From assembly GCA_016187035.1 (NCBI GenBank), contig JACPKL010000012.1, forward strand, positions 8,925 to 72,924: a stretch of DNA of 64,000 nt, given 5' to 3'. Within the stretch, counting starts at the first letter, position 1, and each line of letters begins with the position of its first letter. The translations under genes were made by a program, and so were the position numbers. The DNA is from Candidatus Daviesbacteria bacterium (GTDB taxonomy: Bacteria > Patescibacteriota > Microgenomatia > Daviesbacterales > UBA10151). Under the pieces are notes generated by a model. That model was not told the origin of the DNA and ran no database searches. It saw nothing but the letters and a program-made list of their open reading frames with translations. Below, in pieces: positions 1-9,255 of the stretch.

Positions 1-109
1 TCTTCTTAGTAAGCAGATTACCAAACCCTATTCCTGCAACAAAAAGAAGCAAGAAAATTAAAAACTCTTGATAACCTCTTTTTTTGAGAATATGAATAAT
101 TTTATTCAT
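1..109 (-). CDS. partial CDS, N-terminus of a small membrane protein (continues past left edge)
   Basis: Minus-strand ATG at 109..107. The translation MNKIIHILKKRGYQEFLIFLLLFVAGIGFGNLLTKK stays open to position 1 and contains one hydrophobic segment. Not in the supplied track because it is truncated. Confidence 0.3.
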   Translation of the reverse strand, partial: MNKIIHILKKRGYQEFLIFLLLFVAGIGFGNLLTKK

Positions 110-151
110 CAGATTTATGTTATTTGGATTAGTATTTAGTATAATCTAGAG

Positions 152-1069
152 ATGGATATATTGGCAATTACCTTAACTGTATTAGGTTTGGTCCTTTTTG
201 AAATTATTACCTCTTTGGATAACGCTGTAATTAACGCAGAAGTTTTATCTACCATGAGTCAAAAAATGAGAAGATGGTTTTTGCTTTGGGGTCTATTAAT
301 TGCAGTTTTTTTGCTAAGGGGGTTATTACCATGGGCAATAGTTTGGGCAGTGAATCCAAGCTTAGGACCCATTGGTGCTCTAACAGAATCATTTAGTAGT
401 AATCCAGAAACTATTAAAGCTATTGAACTTTCTGCCCCAATTTTACTTGCCGGCGGGGGTACTTTTATGATTTTTCTATTCTTTCACTGGTTATTTTTAG
501 AACCCAAAAACTATGGACTTAGAGGAGAAAGGTTTTTTCACAGACAGGGAGTATGGTTTTATGCTGTAGTATCTATTCTTTTAGCAGTCATAGTATGGTT
601 TGCAATAAACAAAAATCCTTTTATGGCTTTTGGAGCAGTTTTAGGTTCAACTGCTTTTTTTATTACACATGGTTTTAAAGAAACCGCTGCAAAGTCAGAA
701 CAAATGCTTTTAAAGGGTAAACAGTCAAATATCTCTGATATTAGTAAAATATTTTATCTTGAAGTAATTGACGCGTCATTTTCTATAGACGGAGTGATTG
801 GTGCGTTTGCTTTTACTTTATCAGTACCATTAATACTTCTAGGAAATGGTATTGGAGCATTTGTAGTTAGACAATTAACAGTTTCCAATGTGGAAAAAAT
901 TAAAAATTATGCATATTTAAAAAACGGAGCTATGTATTCTATTTTGGTATTAGGTAGTATAATGCTTTTAGATAGTTTTGGTTTTGATATCCCAACCTGG
1001 TTTTCACCTTTAGCTACAGCTCTAATAGTAGGCTACTTTTTTATAAAGTCTTTACGAAAACTAGCATAA
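152..1069 (+). CDS. integral membrane protein, DUF475/TerC-like
   Basis: 305-aa ORF with multiple hydrophobic helices. The N-terminal SLDNAVINA motif is typical of the TerC/DUF475 group. Confidence 0.6.
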   Translation: MDILAITLTVLGLVLFEIITSLDNAVINAEVLSTMSQKMRRWFLLWGLLIAVFLLRGLLPWAIVWAVNPSLGPIGALTESFSSNPETIKAIELSAPILLAGGGTFMIFLFFHWLFLEPKNYGLRGERFFHRQGVWFYAVVSILLAVIVWFAINKNPFMAFGAVLGSTAFFITHGFKETAAKSEQMLLKGKQSNISDISKIFYLEVIDASFSIDGVIGAFAFTLSVPLILLGNGIGAFVVRQLTVSNVEKIKNYAYLKNGAMYSILVLGSIMLLDSFGFDIPTWFSPLATALIVGYFFIKSLRKLA

Positions 1070-2528
1070 AATCATCAAAATAAGCAACCTTCCAGGTTGG
1101 ATCTTTGATAATAGATTGAAGAAAATTTCTACCCCAGGGAGTTTGGTCGGTTCTGGAGAAAACCACAGTTTGAAATTTGAATTTTTCTTCTACTAATTTA
1201 AATTTAGAATAATCAGACTGCATGGGTATATAGGTATCCAGGAAAAATTCTTTTGGATAGGCTTCAGGCCTGCCGTCAACAAATACTTTATACTTTGGAT
1301 AACCTCTGTAAATAATATAGCTGCCAATATCAAAGTTATTAAAAATAGGTCCTGCTAAATTTTTGGCTAACATAAAGTCCATTGCTCCTTTGATATGCTC
1401 CTCATATTTTAATCCTGTTTGATGAAGATCGCTTTTTGATTTGTAATAATCACCGCTAAGATACCAAAAGCTTTCTATTAAAAGCATTACCACAGCCAAA
1501 GTATTCATAATAACATTCCACCTGGGGGGTGGTTTAGGTAAGCAGAGCTTGCCTTTTTCTGGCGAAAAACGTAAATCACCCAGGGAGAAGTTTTCCAAAG
1601 TTGATGGTAACGAAAGAAAGATTAAGTAAGGAAAACTCCGTACATTCATTAAAGCTAAAACTACCCCTGATAAACTAAGAAGAATGTTTTTAATTCCAAA
1701 CCTTCTTCTTATCAAGGTTACCAGCAGTGATAAAATTACTAAACATGCAGATAGTTTAGCAAACAAAAAATTGGGATCTTTAAAATTGATGCTTTCTAAA
1801 AGAAACATGGTCTGATTTTCCACAATAGAATAGCCATAATTCTTAGTTACATTTAAAGGATAAAATAAACCATTCAACCCATGAGGATTAACCAAACTGA
1901 CTAAGACTGATAGTACCAATGTCAATGACATAATTTTTAGCTTGCAACCTTCGAGGTTGAAACGTAAATATTGATAAGTCATATGTATTAGAAAAATAAC
2001 CTGTAATAATAATCCAATAAAAAAGTAAATATGGGTATTAACCCAGATTAATTGGATTAAAGGTATGAAAAAGATTAGCTTTGTAGTTGTCTTTAGGTAT
2101 TTTTCCAGAATATAATAAATACTGACTGTAAAAAGAAAACTAAAAATTTCCGGTCGAAGTTCTAGTCTTTCTCTTAAAACATGCAGAAAGATAAAACCTA
2201 TTGGTAAAAGAAGAGCCTGGTCTTTTTTAGGAATTATTTTGAAGATAAATAGGACAGAAACTAAAAATATAACAACTTTTAAAACCAAAAGAGTTTGAAG
2301 TCCAATTGTTTGGGAGAATTCATAAGCCATTACTTCAAACAACCAGTGAGTGTTTATAAAAGGAAAATCAGTATTTGTATATGAAAATAAATTAATCTTG
2401 GGAATATTGCCGGTTTTGACTATAATTTCCCCTAGTTTAAGGTGTCTGCCTAAATCCTGATCAAAAGAATGATCTGTTCTGAAAGAAAAAGCAAAAACAA
2501 AAAAAATCAGCAGAATTTTAACCCACAT
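1041..2528 (-). CDS. polytopic membrane protein, possible GT-C-type glycosyltransferase
   Basis: 495 aa with more than 10 hydrophobic helices followed by a soluble C-terminal domain (YPKYKVFVDGRPEAYPKEFF). The architecture resembles lipid-linked sugar transferases, but no diagnostic motif was recognised. Confidence 0.5.
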   Translation of the reverse strand: MWVKILLIFFVFAFSFRTDHSFDQDLGRHLKLGEIIVKTGNIPKINLFSYTNTDFPFINTHWLFEVMAYEFSQTIGLQTLLVLKVVIFLVSVLFIFKIIPKKDQALLLPIGFIFLHVLRERLELRPEIFSFLFTVSIYYILEKYLKTTTKLIFFIPLIQLIWVNTHIYFFIGLLLQVIFLIHMTYQYLRFNLEGCKLKIMSLTLVLSVLVSLVNPHGLNGLFYPLNVTKNYGYSIVENQTMFLLESINFKDPNFLFAKLSACLVILSLLVTLIRRRFGIKNILLSLSGVVLALMNVRSFPYLIFLSLPSTLENFSLGDLRFSPEKGKLCLPKPPPRWNVIMNTLAVVMLLIESFWYLSGDYYKSKSDLHQTGLKYEEHIKGAMDFMLAKNLAGPIFNNFDIGSYIIYRGYPKYKVFVDGRPEAYPKEFFLDTYIPMQSDYSKFKLVEEKFKFQTVVFSRTDQTPWGRNFLQSIIKDPTWKVAYFDDFMLVFVKTL

Positions 2529-2568
2529 ACAGAAATTGTATCATTCTTGTTTATGCTTCGTGATATTG

Positions 2569-2585
2569 TTCGCGATAATTTCGCG
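2569..2585. promoter_or_regulatory. palindromic TTCGCGATAATTTCGCG motif upstream of fic (candidate operator)
   Basis: CGCGA-taatt-TCGCG inverted repeat located 10 nt upstream of a TATAAT box (2595..2600) and 23 nt upstream of the fic ATG. A near-identical copy lies at 3657..3685. Confidence 0.35.
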
Positions 2586-2607
2586 GTAATATGATATAAT
2601 AATCTTA

Positions 2608-3666
2608 ATGTTTGAGCCAAAATACGTTATTACCTCCACAATTTTATCCAGGATAGCAGAAATAGCAGAAATTAAAGCTGCAGTTGAAAGGTCCAGGGTG
2701 TTGCCTTTAAATGAAGCCCAGCTGAGAAGGCAGGCAATTTTAAGAATGGCCCATACCTCAACATCTATTGAAGGTAATAAACTGGCCCAGTTTGAGGTAG
2801 GAAAAGTATTTGAGGGTAAAACTGTCACAGCCCCTTCTAAAGATATTCTTGAGGTAGAAGATTATCTGAATGGTTTAAAACTACTGGAAGAACTCTCAAA
2901 ATCAAAACATGATTTAACCATGGAAGAAATTTTACGTATGCATAAAATAGTCACTAACGGTTTGGTAGACAAGGAAAAGATGGGAAAGATCAGGCCTTCA
3001 GATATTTATATACTTGATGATCTTGGGGGAGGCCGTGAATTGTTAAGATTTAAAGGTCCTCCGGCCGGTAATGTACAAAAGCTGCTAAACGACCTTTTAG
3101 GCTGGCTTAAAAAAGCTAAGGGTGAAAGTATTCATCCTATTGTTATTGCCGGCATATTCCATCTGGAATTTGTTTCTATACATCCTTTTACTGATGGCAA
3201 TGGCAGAGTGACCAGGCTTTTAACTCAACTATTGTTATATAGGATGAATTGGGATTTTAGAAAAATTTTAGTTTTGGAAGATTATTATAACCAGGACAGG
3301 ATGGCCTATTATAATGCTTTGCATTCTGAAGAAGATAAGCAGTACTCTCAGGACAGGGAATTTACCAGATGGCTTGAATATTTTACTACTTCATTTCTGG
3401 TTGAAGCAAGAAAAGTTTTGGAGAAAATTCAGTCTATTGGATATGGAAAAGTCTCTAAAAAAAGCGAGCAAATATTTTTGAATAAAGACGAGATTCAAAT
3501 TATGGATTTTTTATCAACCACAGGCAGGATTACTTCAGATGATGTTTCGGATATTTTTAAAATTACCAAAAGGGCAGCCCAGCTTAAATTAAAAGGATTA
3601 ATTCAAAATAAGCTGATTCAGGTCCAGGGCAATGGTCCCAGCACTTATTATATTCTTTCGCGATAA
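2608..3666 (+). CDS. fic: Fic family protein (AMPylase-type) with C-terminal winged-helix domain
   Basis: Canonical Fic motif HPFTDGNGRVTRLL (HxFx[D/E]GNGRxxR). The C-terminal part (IMDFLSTTGRITSDDVSDIFKITKRAAQLKLKGL) looks like a wHTH. Confidence 0.85.
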   Translation: MFEPKYVITSTILSRIAEIAEIKAAVERSRVLPLNEAQLRRQAILRMAHTSTSIEGNKLAQFEVGKVFEGKTVTAPSKDILEVEDYLNGLKLLEELSKSKHDLTMEEILRMHKIVTNGLVDKEKMGKIRPSDIYILDDLGGGRELLRFKGPPAGNVQKLLNDLLGWLKKAKGESIHPIVIAGIFHLEFVSIHPFTDGNGRVTRLLTQLLLYRMNWDFRKILVLEDYYNQDRMAYYNALHSEEDKQYSQDREFTRWLEYFTTSFLVEARKVLEKIQSIGYGKVSKKSEQIFLNKDEIQIMDFLSTTGRITSDDVSDIFKITKRAAQLKLKGLIQNKLIQVQGNGPSTYYILSR

Positions 3667-3685
3667 ACTTCGCGATTATTTCGCG
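3657..3685. promoter_or_regulatory. second copy (tandem half-sites) of the TTCGCGAT..TTTCGCG motif, abutting the rbp promoter
   Basis: ttcgcgataaacttcgcgattatttcgcg overlaps the fic stop codon and ends 2 nt before a TTGCTA-17-TACAAT promoter. Confidence 0.35.
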
Positions 3686-3686
3686 C

Positions 3687-3715
3687 TTGCTATTACAATC
3701 AAACTATGGTACAAT
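3687..3715 (+). promoter_or_regulatory. sigma-70-like promoter of the RRM protein gene
   Basis: TTGCTA (3687..3692), a 17-nt spacer, then TACAAT (3710..3715). Confidence 0.45.
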
Positions 3716-3758
3716 TACCCCAGAGTGTGTAGTGTAGATCATTCAGTCGTACTGTAAG

Positions 3759-3799
3759 TCACCTCACATATTTTAAAAAGAAAGTGAGGTGATTTTTTT
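3759..3799 (+). promoter_or_regulatory. 5'-leader hairpin plus U-run that sequesters the Shine-Dalgarno of the RRM gene (attenuator/thermosensor candidate)
   Basis: tcacctcac (3759..3767) pairs perfectly with gtgaggtga (3784..3792) across a 16-nt AT loop, followed by T7 (3793..3799). The 3' arm contains GAGGTG just upstream of the in-frame TTG at 3798 and includes the GTG at 3789. Confidence 0.45.
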
Positions 3800-4058
3800 G
3801 AATAACAAAAAGTTATTTGTTGGCTCTTTGCCATGGTCTGTAGATGATGCAAAATTAACTCAGATTTTTTCTCAAGCAGGTAATGTTGTTTCAGCACAAG
3901 TTATTAAAGACAGGGAAACAGGTAGGTCAAGAGGCTTTGGATTTGTTGAAATGTCAACAGAAGAAGAAGCCCGGGCATCTGTAAACAATTTAAATGGATC
4001 TGATGTTGATGGCAGAAAAATTATTGTTAATATAGCTCGTCCTAGAGAAGACCGTTAA
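3789..4058 (+). CDS. RRM-type RNA-binding protein
   Basis: RNP motifs KLFVGSLPW (RNP2) and RGFGFVEM (RNP1). The true start may be TTG at 3798, giving MNNKKLFVGSL. Confidence 0.85.
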   Translation: MIFLNNKKLFVGSLPWSVDDAKLTQIFSQAGNVVSAQVIKDRETGRSRGFGFVEMSTEEEARASVNNLNGSDVDGRKIIVNIARPREDR

Positions 4059-4753
4059 TTTTTAATACTATATCTTAAAAACAACTCATCCTTAACCTTT
4101 TTAACTGAAAGCAATGTGAGTTTTTTAATGAGAGTGGAGGGGAATAATATTCCGTCGACTAAAGTTTTAGTGGAATTTTGTCTGCCCCCTATTATTTTGG
4201 GAGCAATTGTTAGAAATAATTCATCAATCAGGTTCTCCTTCAAAAAAGAACCTAAAAGGGTGGGTCCTCCCTCAATTAAGACATGTTTATAACCCTGTTC
4301 TTTAAGCTCTCCCAAAAATTCTTTTCCCAGGTTAGAAGCTATTCTACCTGGGAGGTTGATTACGTTGCAACCTAGGGAGTTTAGGTACTTCAGGGATTGT
4401 GGGTGTCTTGTAATGATATAGTAAGGCAATTTAGCGCTTTTGCCCAAAACTCTTCTGGTTTGCTGAAAAGATCTTTTATTTAGACTTTTTAAAGTTAGTT
4501 CCCCGTCTTGCCTGGCTGTTTCTCCTCCATGAATTAAACAATCGGCATAAGTTCTTAGTTCCATTAAGACATCATGGTCTGTCTTTGAACCAATCGGCCA
4601 ATACCCTTTTCCCTTAACCGCTACTTTACCGTCAACTGTCTGGACAAAATTAGAATAAAAAAAAGGTCTGTTTTTAGGAAGATTAGGGAATTTAAGATTA
4701 GGGTAAAGCATGTTCCAGCTTGGGTAAAATTTTCTTTGAGGCCAGATACTCAA
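4055..4753 (-). CDS. RibD C-terminal domain / dihydrofolate-reductase-like reductase
   Basis: QTVDGKVAV ... LIEGGPTLLGSFL ... LIDELFLTIAPKIIGG is typical of RibD_C reductases. The start is probably internal (MLYPNL..), since the 5' end overlaps the next gene. Confidence 0.65.
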   Translation of the reverse strand: MSIWPQRKFYPSWNMLYPNLKFPNLPKNRPFFYSNFVQTVDGKVAVKGKGYWPIGSKTDHDVLMELRTYADCLIHGGETARQDGELTLKSLNKRSFQQTRRVLGKSAKLPYYIITRHPQSLKYLNSLGCNVINLPGRIASNLGKEFLGELKEQGYKHVLIEGGPTLLGSFLKENLIDELFLTIAPKIIGGRQNSTKTLVDGILFPSTLIKKLTLLSVKKVKDELFLRYSIKN

Positions 4754-5363
4754 GTGTGTGTTTTACCAAAATATATGTTACGGATATTCCTGCAGCAAAA
4801 AGTAGCCTTTCAGCAATTACTACAGGAATTAATCCTTGCCAAACAGCAGCTTTTAAATTAAATACCCAAATCCAGGCAGCTCCTCCTACAGCATGGGCTG
4901 TAAAAGTAGATCCCAAACTTTTTAGATAAAGATTATTTTTGAATTTATATGCTATCAAAGGAATGGACCAAAACATTAATGCATAATATGGGACTTTTCT
5001 GCCTTCAGGATGGGCTATGAAGACTATAATTGCTAATATTGGAATTAGTAAAATCCATTTCCCGCTCCCCTTTTTCGCAGTAGCAGCAAAATAATAAACA
5101 GCAAACAGAGTTGGGAATAACCTGATAATTGCTCCTTGCGTCCAGGGAGCATCTTTAACTATATTATTTACAACCTCAACTGTTAAAACAGAAGCTATTC
5201 CAAAAACAGGGCCTAAAAAGGCACCGGCAATAGGGGCAAAGAAATCAAATAAGGTAAAGGAAACATTAGAACCAACTAATTTGTTAAAAGGAATCTGGAT
5301 GCTTAAAAAACCAAGAAGAGTAAAAAGAGCCAAAAAGAATAATTTTTTCTGAAAGATTTTCAT
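4698..5363 (-). CDS. membrane protein, ECF-transporter S-component-like (tentative)
   Basis: 221 aa with about 6 hydrophobic helices, lying next to the RibD_C gene. The family assignment is only a guess from architecture. Confidence 0.4.
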   Translation of the reverse strand: MKIFQKKLFFLALFTLLGFLSIQIPFNKLVGSNVSFTLFDFFAPIAGAFLGPVFGIASVLTVEVVNNIVKDAPWTQGAIIRLFPTLFAVYYFAATAKKGSGKWILLIPILAIIVFIAHPEGRKVPYYALMFWSIPLIAYKFKNNLYLKSLGSTFTAHAVGGAAWIWVFNLKAAVWQGLIPVVIAERLLFAAGISVTYILVKHTLEYLASKKILPKLEHALP

Positions 5364-5454
5364 AAACGTAGCTTACAATAGTAAAATTTCTCTAAATTGT
5401 CAATAGTTTTGTAATATTGACATAATATACACCATATGCTTTAGTGTATATCTT

Positions 5455-5736
5455 ATGAAAAGATACCAAGTTTATTTGAATCAAATTTCAGTCTCCGTAA
5501 TTGATGATTATGAAAAGCTGACTAAACTATCACGCTCAAAAATTATCAGATACTTGGTAGACAGTGCATCAGAGCAGTTGATTGCCCTTATCCGAAGCAA
5601 AGAACCCGGAAAAACATATTTGATGGATCAACTTTCAGGCTTCATCGATCTAAAGACAAATAAAAAGCTGGATCTTGTATCCGGTATCGATGATGATTTT
5701 AAAAGAATGCGGCTTAATACATCGAATCTATCCTAA
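5455..5736 (+). CDS. ribbon-helix-helix (CopG-like) small DNA-binding protein, possible antitoxin
   Basis: N-terminal KRYQVYLNQISVSVIDDYEKLTKLSRSKIIRYLV fits a beta-strand plus two helices. It is preceded by the imperfect inverted repeat TTGTCAATA..TATTGACAT (5397..5423). A 47-codon ORF with an AGGAG RBS follows at 5751..5894. Confidence 0.4.
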   Translation: MKRYQVYLNQISVSVIDDYEKLTKLSRSKIIRYLVDSASEQLIALIRSKEPGKTYLMDQLSGFIDLKTNKKLDLVSGIDDDFKRMRLNTSNLS

Positions 5737-5966
5737 CATAAACAGGAGCGATGAATATTGAACTGCTCACTCCACTTGCAGATTCTATCATAAAACATTG
5801 GAAAATAGGAGCTTTTGAATCCGAAATCCTCATTCAAAATGAACAAGTTCTTTCCTTCGGAAATAATGCAGATTACCCACAGAATTATGTTTTTTGAGGC
5901 TAATTTCAAAGTTGCATCCTTAAGAAGTGTGTGTTAAGATACTTATATCACGATGACTGGACTAGC

Positions 5967-6494
5967 CTAAGGTTTCGACCGACCGCGAATGCCAGTCTTT
6001 TTTTGTTCTAAAGAGCTTCTCAGTAAATCAATACGTACAATGTAATGCTGAGTGTTAAATTTACGCAGCAAACTTGAGTAATGTTTTGTAGGTGCTAATA
6101 TCTTCAATAGTTTGTCTTTTTCAGCTAAATATTCCACTAAGCAGTGAAAATCGCCATCACCCGTTACGATTATAGCTTTATGGTAATTTTCATACTGAAT
6201 CATGGTATGGAGCACTAATTCTGCATCAACATTACCTTTGACTTTGATTTTGCCATGATCATGACGTTCTAAAGTTGGTTTAAAAATAAGAATGTAGTCA
6301 CACTCTTGTAAAAAGGCGTACAAAGATTCATTCCCTACAACTTGTCCAATAAAGAGATATGCTTTGCTCACCTCATATTTATTTCGTAGATATTGTCTAA
6401 ACTTTCTCCAATCCAACTTCCAGCCCTGGGATCTTACCCCGAGGTTAAGATTTTGGCTATCAATAAAGGCAAAATTTTCCTGTTTCTTTTTCAT
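5967..6494 (-). CDS. NYN (LabA-like) domain protein
   Basis: FIDSQNLNLG ... IIVTGDGDFHCLVEYL matches the NYN/LabA ribonuclease-fold pattern. Confidence 0.7.
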   Translation of the reverse strand: MKKKQENFAFIDSQNLNLGVRSQGWKLDWRKFRQYLRNKYEVSKAYLFIGQVVGNESLYAFLQECDYILIFKPTLERHDHGKIKVKGNVDAELVLHTMIQYENYHKAIIVTGDGDFHCLVEYLAEKDKLLKILAPTKHYSSLLRKFNTQHYIVRIDLLRSSLEQKKTGIRGRSKP

Positions 6495-6642
6495 CTAAAT
6501 GATTCTACCACAGTTGATGTATAATTAGATTTATGAGTAGCGATGATCCGAATCAGACACCATCCAGTAATAATCAGCAACAAGTAACAGATGGATCACA
6601 GCATATTGATACCCTACTAAAACAACGCCAGTTGTTAGTTAG

Positions 6643-6714
6643 TCGGGGTGGCGAGAATTGAACTCACTGCATCCGCGTCCCAAACGCGGCGGTCTACCGA
6701 TGACCTACACCCCG
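6643..6714 (-). tRNA. tRNA-Pro (TGG)
   Basis: The reverse complement CGGGGTGTAGGTCATCGGTAGACCGCCGCGTTTGGGACGCGGATGCAGTGAGTTCAATTCTCGCCACCCCGA folds by hand into a cloverleaf. The anticodon loop is TTTGGGA. CCA is not encoded. Confidence 0.9.
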
Positions 6715-6745
6715 TAGAAATTGTATTATAATATATATCTTCTTC

Positions 6746-8377
6746 ATGAGTAAAATACTAAACAAAATATTTCAGCACAAAATTCTACTATTAATTCTTG
6801 TTTTAGCCTTTATATTAAGAATTTATGATATTAATAATAATCCCAAATCTATGTATGGGGATGAATTAACTTTAGTTTATGATGCTTATTCTTTATTGAA
6901 AACAGGACAGGACCAAAAAGGCCAGGCTTGGCCACTTTTCTTTTCCATGGGAGGAGGCAGGCCGGCAGGTTATATTTATGCCACCATTCCCTTTGCTGCT
7001 CTTTTTGGGCCTACAGCGCAAGCTGCCAGGGCTGTATCTGTTTTATCAGGAGTGGGAATTGTGCTGCTAATATATTTAGTATCCAAAATCCTCATCTTAA
7101 GAAAAGTTGGATTACTGGCTGCTTTGACTGCTGCTATCACCCCCTGGGAACTTAATCTCTCAAGAGGAGCATTTGAATCACATTTTGCCCTTTTTTTATC
7201 TATGCTGGGTTTATATTTTTTCCTTCTGGCTCAAAAAAGACAAGTTTTTTACCTTTTTTCAGCTTTAAGTTTCTTATTAGCTATGCAGGCTTATTTAACC
7301 TTTGTTTTATCAGTCCCTCTTTTTATGGGAATACTTGTATATTTTTTTAAAGATAAATTAAGGTTTTCTCCTATTACTGCAGCTTCAATTTTAATATTAA
7401 TTTTATCCCTTTCATTTAGTATTTATACTTCTGTCAGCAGAGGATCAAAAGACAGGGTTGGGAATTTATTTATATATAATCAATCCGAATATCAAAATAT
7501 AATTGCGGATAAAGTCAGGAGGGAAAGACTTTTTAGTCCTGCTTCTCCACAGTTAGTTCTTAGATTGCATAATAGGTACTTAGAATTTACTAATTTATTT
7601 TTTCAAAATTACCTGAACAGTTTTGGACTGGATTTTTTAATTTTAAACGGGGATAAAAATATCAGGCACAATCCAACTTCTTTAGGCCAAATCTATTGGG
7701 TCGGATTTCCTTTAATGGCATTTGGATTAATAATGTTATTTAAAAATTACAAAAAAAGTTTAGCTTTACTATTCGGGTGGCTATTAATTAGTCCTCTGCC
7801 GTCAAGTTTAGTTGGTCAGCCGCATGCTATCAGGAGCTCTTTTATGCTTCCGCCGCTGATAATTTTAATGGGGGCAGGTTTATATTATTTAGTTAAATTA
7901 AAAGGTCAAAAGTTAAGATGGTTTAAGCTTACACTTTTTATATTATTTTTGGTTGAGCTGCCAATTTTCTTATATAGATTTTATTTATTATCACCTGCTT
8001 TAAACACCTTATTTTGGTCTTATAGCGCCAAAATTGCTTCAGAAGTTGCTTTGGAAAATAAAGGTAAGTACCAATATATTATTTTATCTACCAGTATTCC
8101 GGATATGGAATTTGCCTACCCGGTATATGCCAAAATAGAACCAAAAGAAGTACATTACACAAATTTACATAAAACAAATTTTGGAGAACATCAATTTCTA
8201 AAATACGGCAATATTTATTTAGGCTCTATTCCTTCTACCAGAGTCAGGCAAATCTTAAGGAGCCTTGAAGGACCAGTGTTATATTTAGGGCCAATTGAAG
8301 ACAGAGGGTTAGTAGATAATGAGCAGATTACCAGAAACAAAGATGAAAGCCCTTTATTTGTAGTATCTACTAAATGA
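6746..8377 (+). CDS. GT-C family membrane glycosyltransferase (ArnT/PMT, GT39/GT83-like)
   Basis: 543 aa. An N-terminal TM helix is followed by the loop YGDELTLVYDAYSL (DE-type motif), many TM helices and a soluble C-terminal domain. Confidence 0.65.
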   Translation: MSKILNKIFQHKILLLILVLAFILRIYDINNNPKSMYGDELTLVYDAYSLLKTGQDQKGQAWPLFFSMGGGRPAGYIYATIPFAALFGPTAQAARAVSVLSGVGIVLLIYLVSKILILRKVGLLAALTAAITPWELNLSRGAFESHFALFLSMLGLYFFLLAQKRQVFYLFSALSFLLAMQAYLTFVLSVPLFMGILVYFFKDKLRFSPITAASILILILSLSFSIYTSVSRGSKDRVGNLFIYNQSEYQNIIADKVRRERLFSPASPQLVLRLHNRYLEFTNLFFQNYLNSFGLDFLILNGDKNIRHNPTSLGQIYWVGFPLMAFGLIMLFKNYKKSLALLFGWLLISPLPSSLVGQPHAIRSSFMLPPLIILMGAGLYYLVKLKGQKLRWFKLTLFILFLVELPIFLYRFYLLSPALNTLFWSYSAKIASEVALENKGKYQYIILSTSIPDMEFAYPVYAKIEPKEVHYTNLHKTNFGEHQFLKYGNIYLGSIPSTRVRQILRSLEGPVLYLGPIEDRGLVDNEQITRNKDESPLFVVSTK

Positions 8378-8396
8378 AGCACACCAATCTGTTTGG

Positions 8397-8789
8397 TTAT
8401 CTGATTCTCAATCTTTCCAGACTGCCATCAGGATTAAGCCGGACTCGGGCTGTTTTATGTAGGTGGCTGTCAAATAACCTAACCTCCCTTAGCATAGTTA
8501 CTCCATCCTCAATCTCTGTTTTAACCTCTACAGAAGTACCAACAGACAACAAGTTCTGGCTCATCAAAAAGGATACTATACCCTTTGGCAGGGTAAAATT
8601 CATCCCCTTAACAGTTATAGTGTCTTCACTGATAGCGCTAACCATTCCACCTACCTTGTTTTCCATCTCTTCTTCTTCAATTCTGATTTCATCAGGTCCG
8701 CCTCTGCCATGATGTCCGTCTTTTGCCAAAGTTACAGGAACCAAGATAAGCAGTGCAAGCATTGATAAGACAGCTAATCTCTTTCTCAA
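8397..8789 (-). CDS. secreted small protein
   Basis: Signal peptide MRKRLAVLSMLALLILVPVTLA. Preferred over the overlapping low-complexity plus-strand ORF 8374..8712. Confidence 0.55.
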   Translation of the reverse strand: MRKRLAVLSMLALLILVPVTLAKDGHHGRGGPDEIRIEEEEMENKVGGMVSAISEDTITVKGMNFTLPKGIVSFLMSQNLLSVGTSVEVKTEIEDGVTMLREVRLFDSHLHKTARVRLNPDGSLERLRIR

Positions 8790-8863
8790 ACTCTTTCACC
8801 CCCTTATACTATCAATAAAGTATAGATTTATTTGGTAAGAAGCGGTAAAGGAAAGGGTAAGAA

Positions 8864-9223
8864 TTATGATAGAAGTTGTTTGTTTAGTTTACTAAGCAGC
8901 TCCTCCATCTCAAAGGGCTTTAAGATAAAACCGTCTGCTCCTGCCTCCTTGGCAATTTCTTCTGTGTCTTGCAGGGCAGATAAAATAATGATGGGAATAT
9001 GTTTGACTCTAGCATCTTTTTTAACTAGTCTAGTTATTTCCACCCCCCCGATTCCAGGCATCCAAATATCCAAAAGTACTAAATCAGGCATAAAATCCTT
9101 GATAATTTTTAATATCTTTTTACCAGAGGTTATGGATTTTATTTCCCACCTGTCTTCTTTTAGTATGGTTGTTAAAATTTCCACAATCCCTTCATCATCA
9201 TCACAAATAAGAATCTTTTTCAT
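8864..9223 (-). CDS. response regulator, receiver domain only (CheY-like)
   Basis: ILICDDDEGI ... DLVLLDIWMPGIGG ... IPIIILSA carries the conserved receiver acidic pocket, phospho-Asp and Lys context. Confidence 0.85.
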   Translation of the reverse strand: MKKILICDDDEGIVEILTTILKEDRWEIKSITSGKKILKIIKDFMPDLVLLDIWMPGIGGVEITRLVKKDARVKHIPIIILSALQDTEEIAKEAGADGFILKPFEMEELLSKLNKQLLS

Positions 9224-9255
9224 GATTTCAAAAACCTCTGTCAGTTTGAGGGAGT

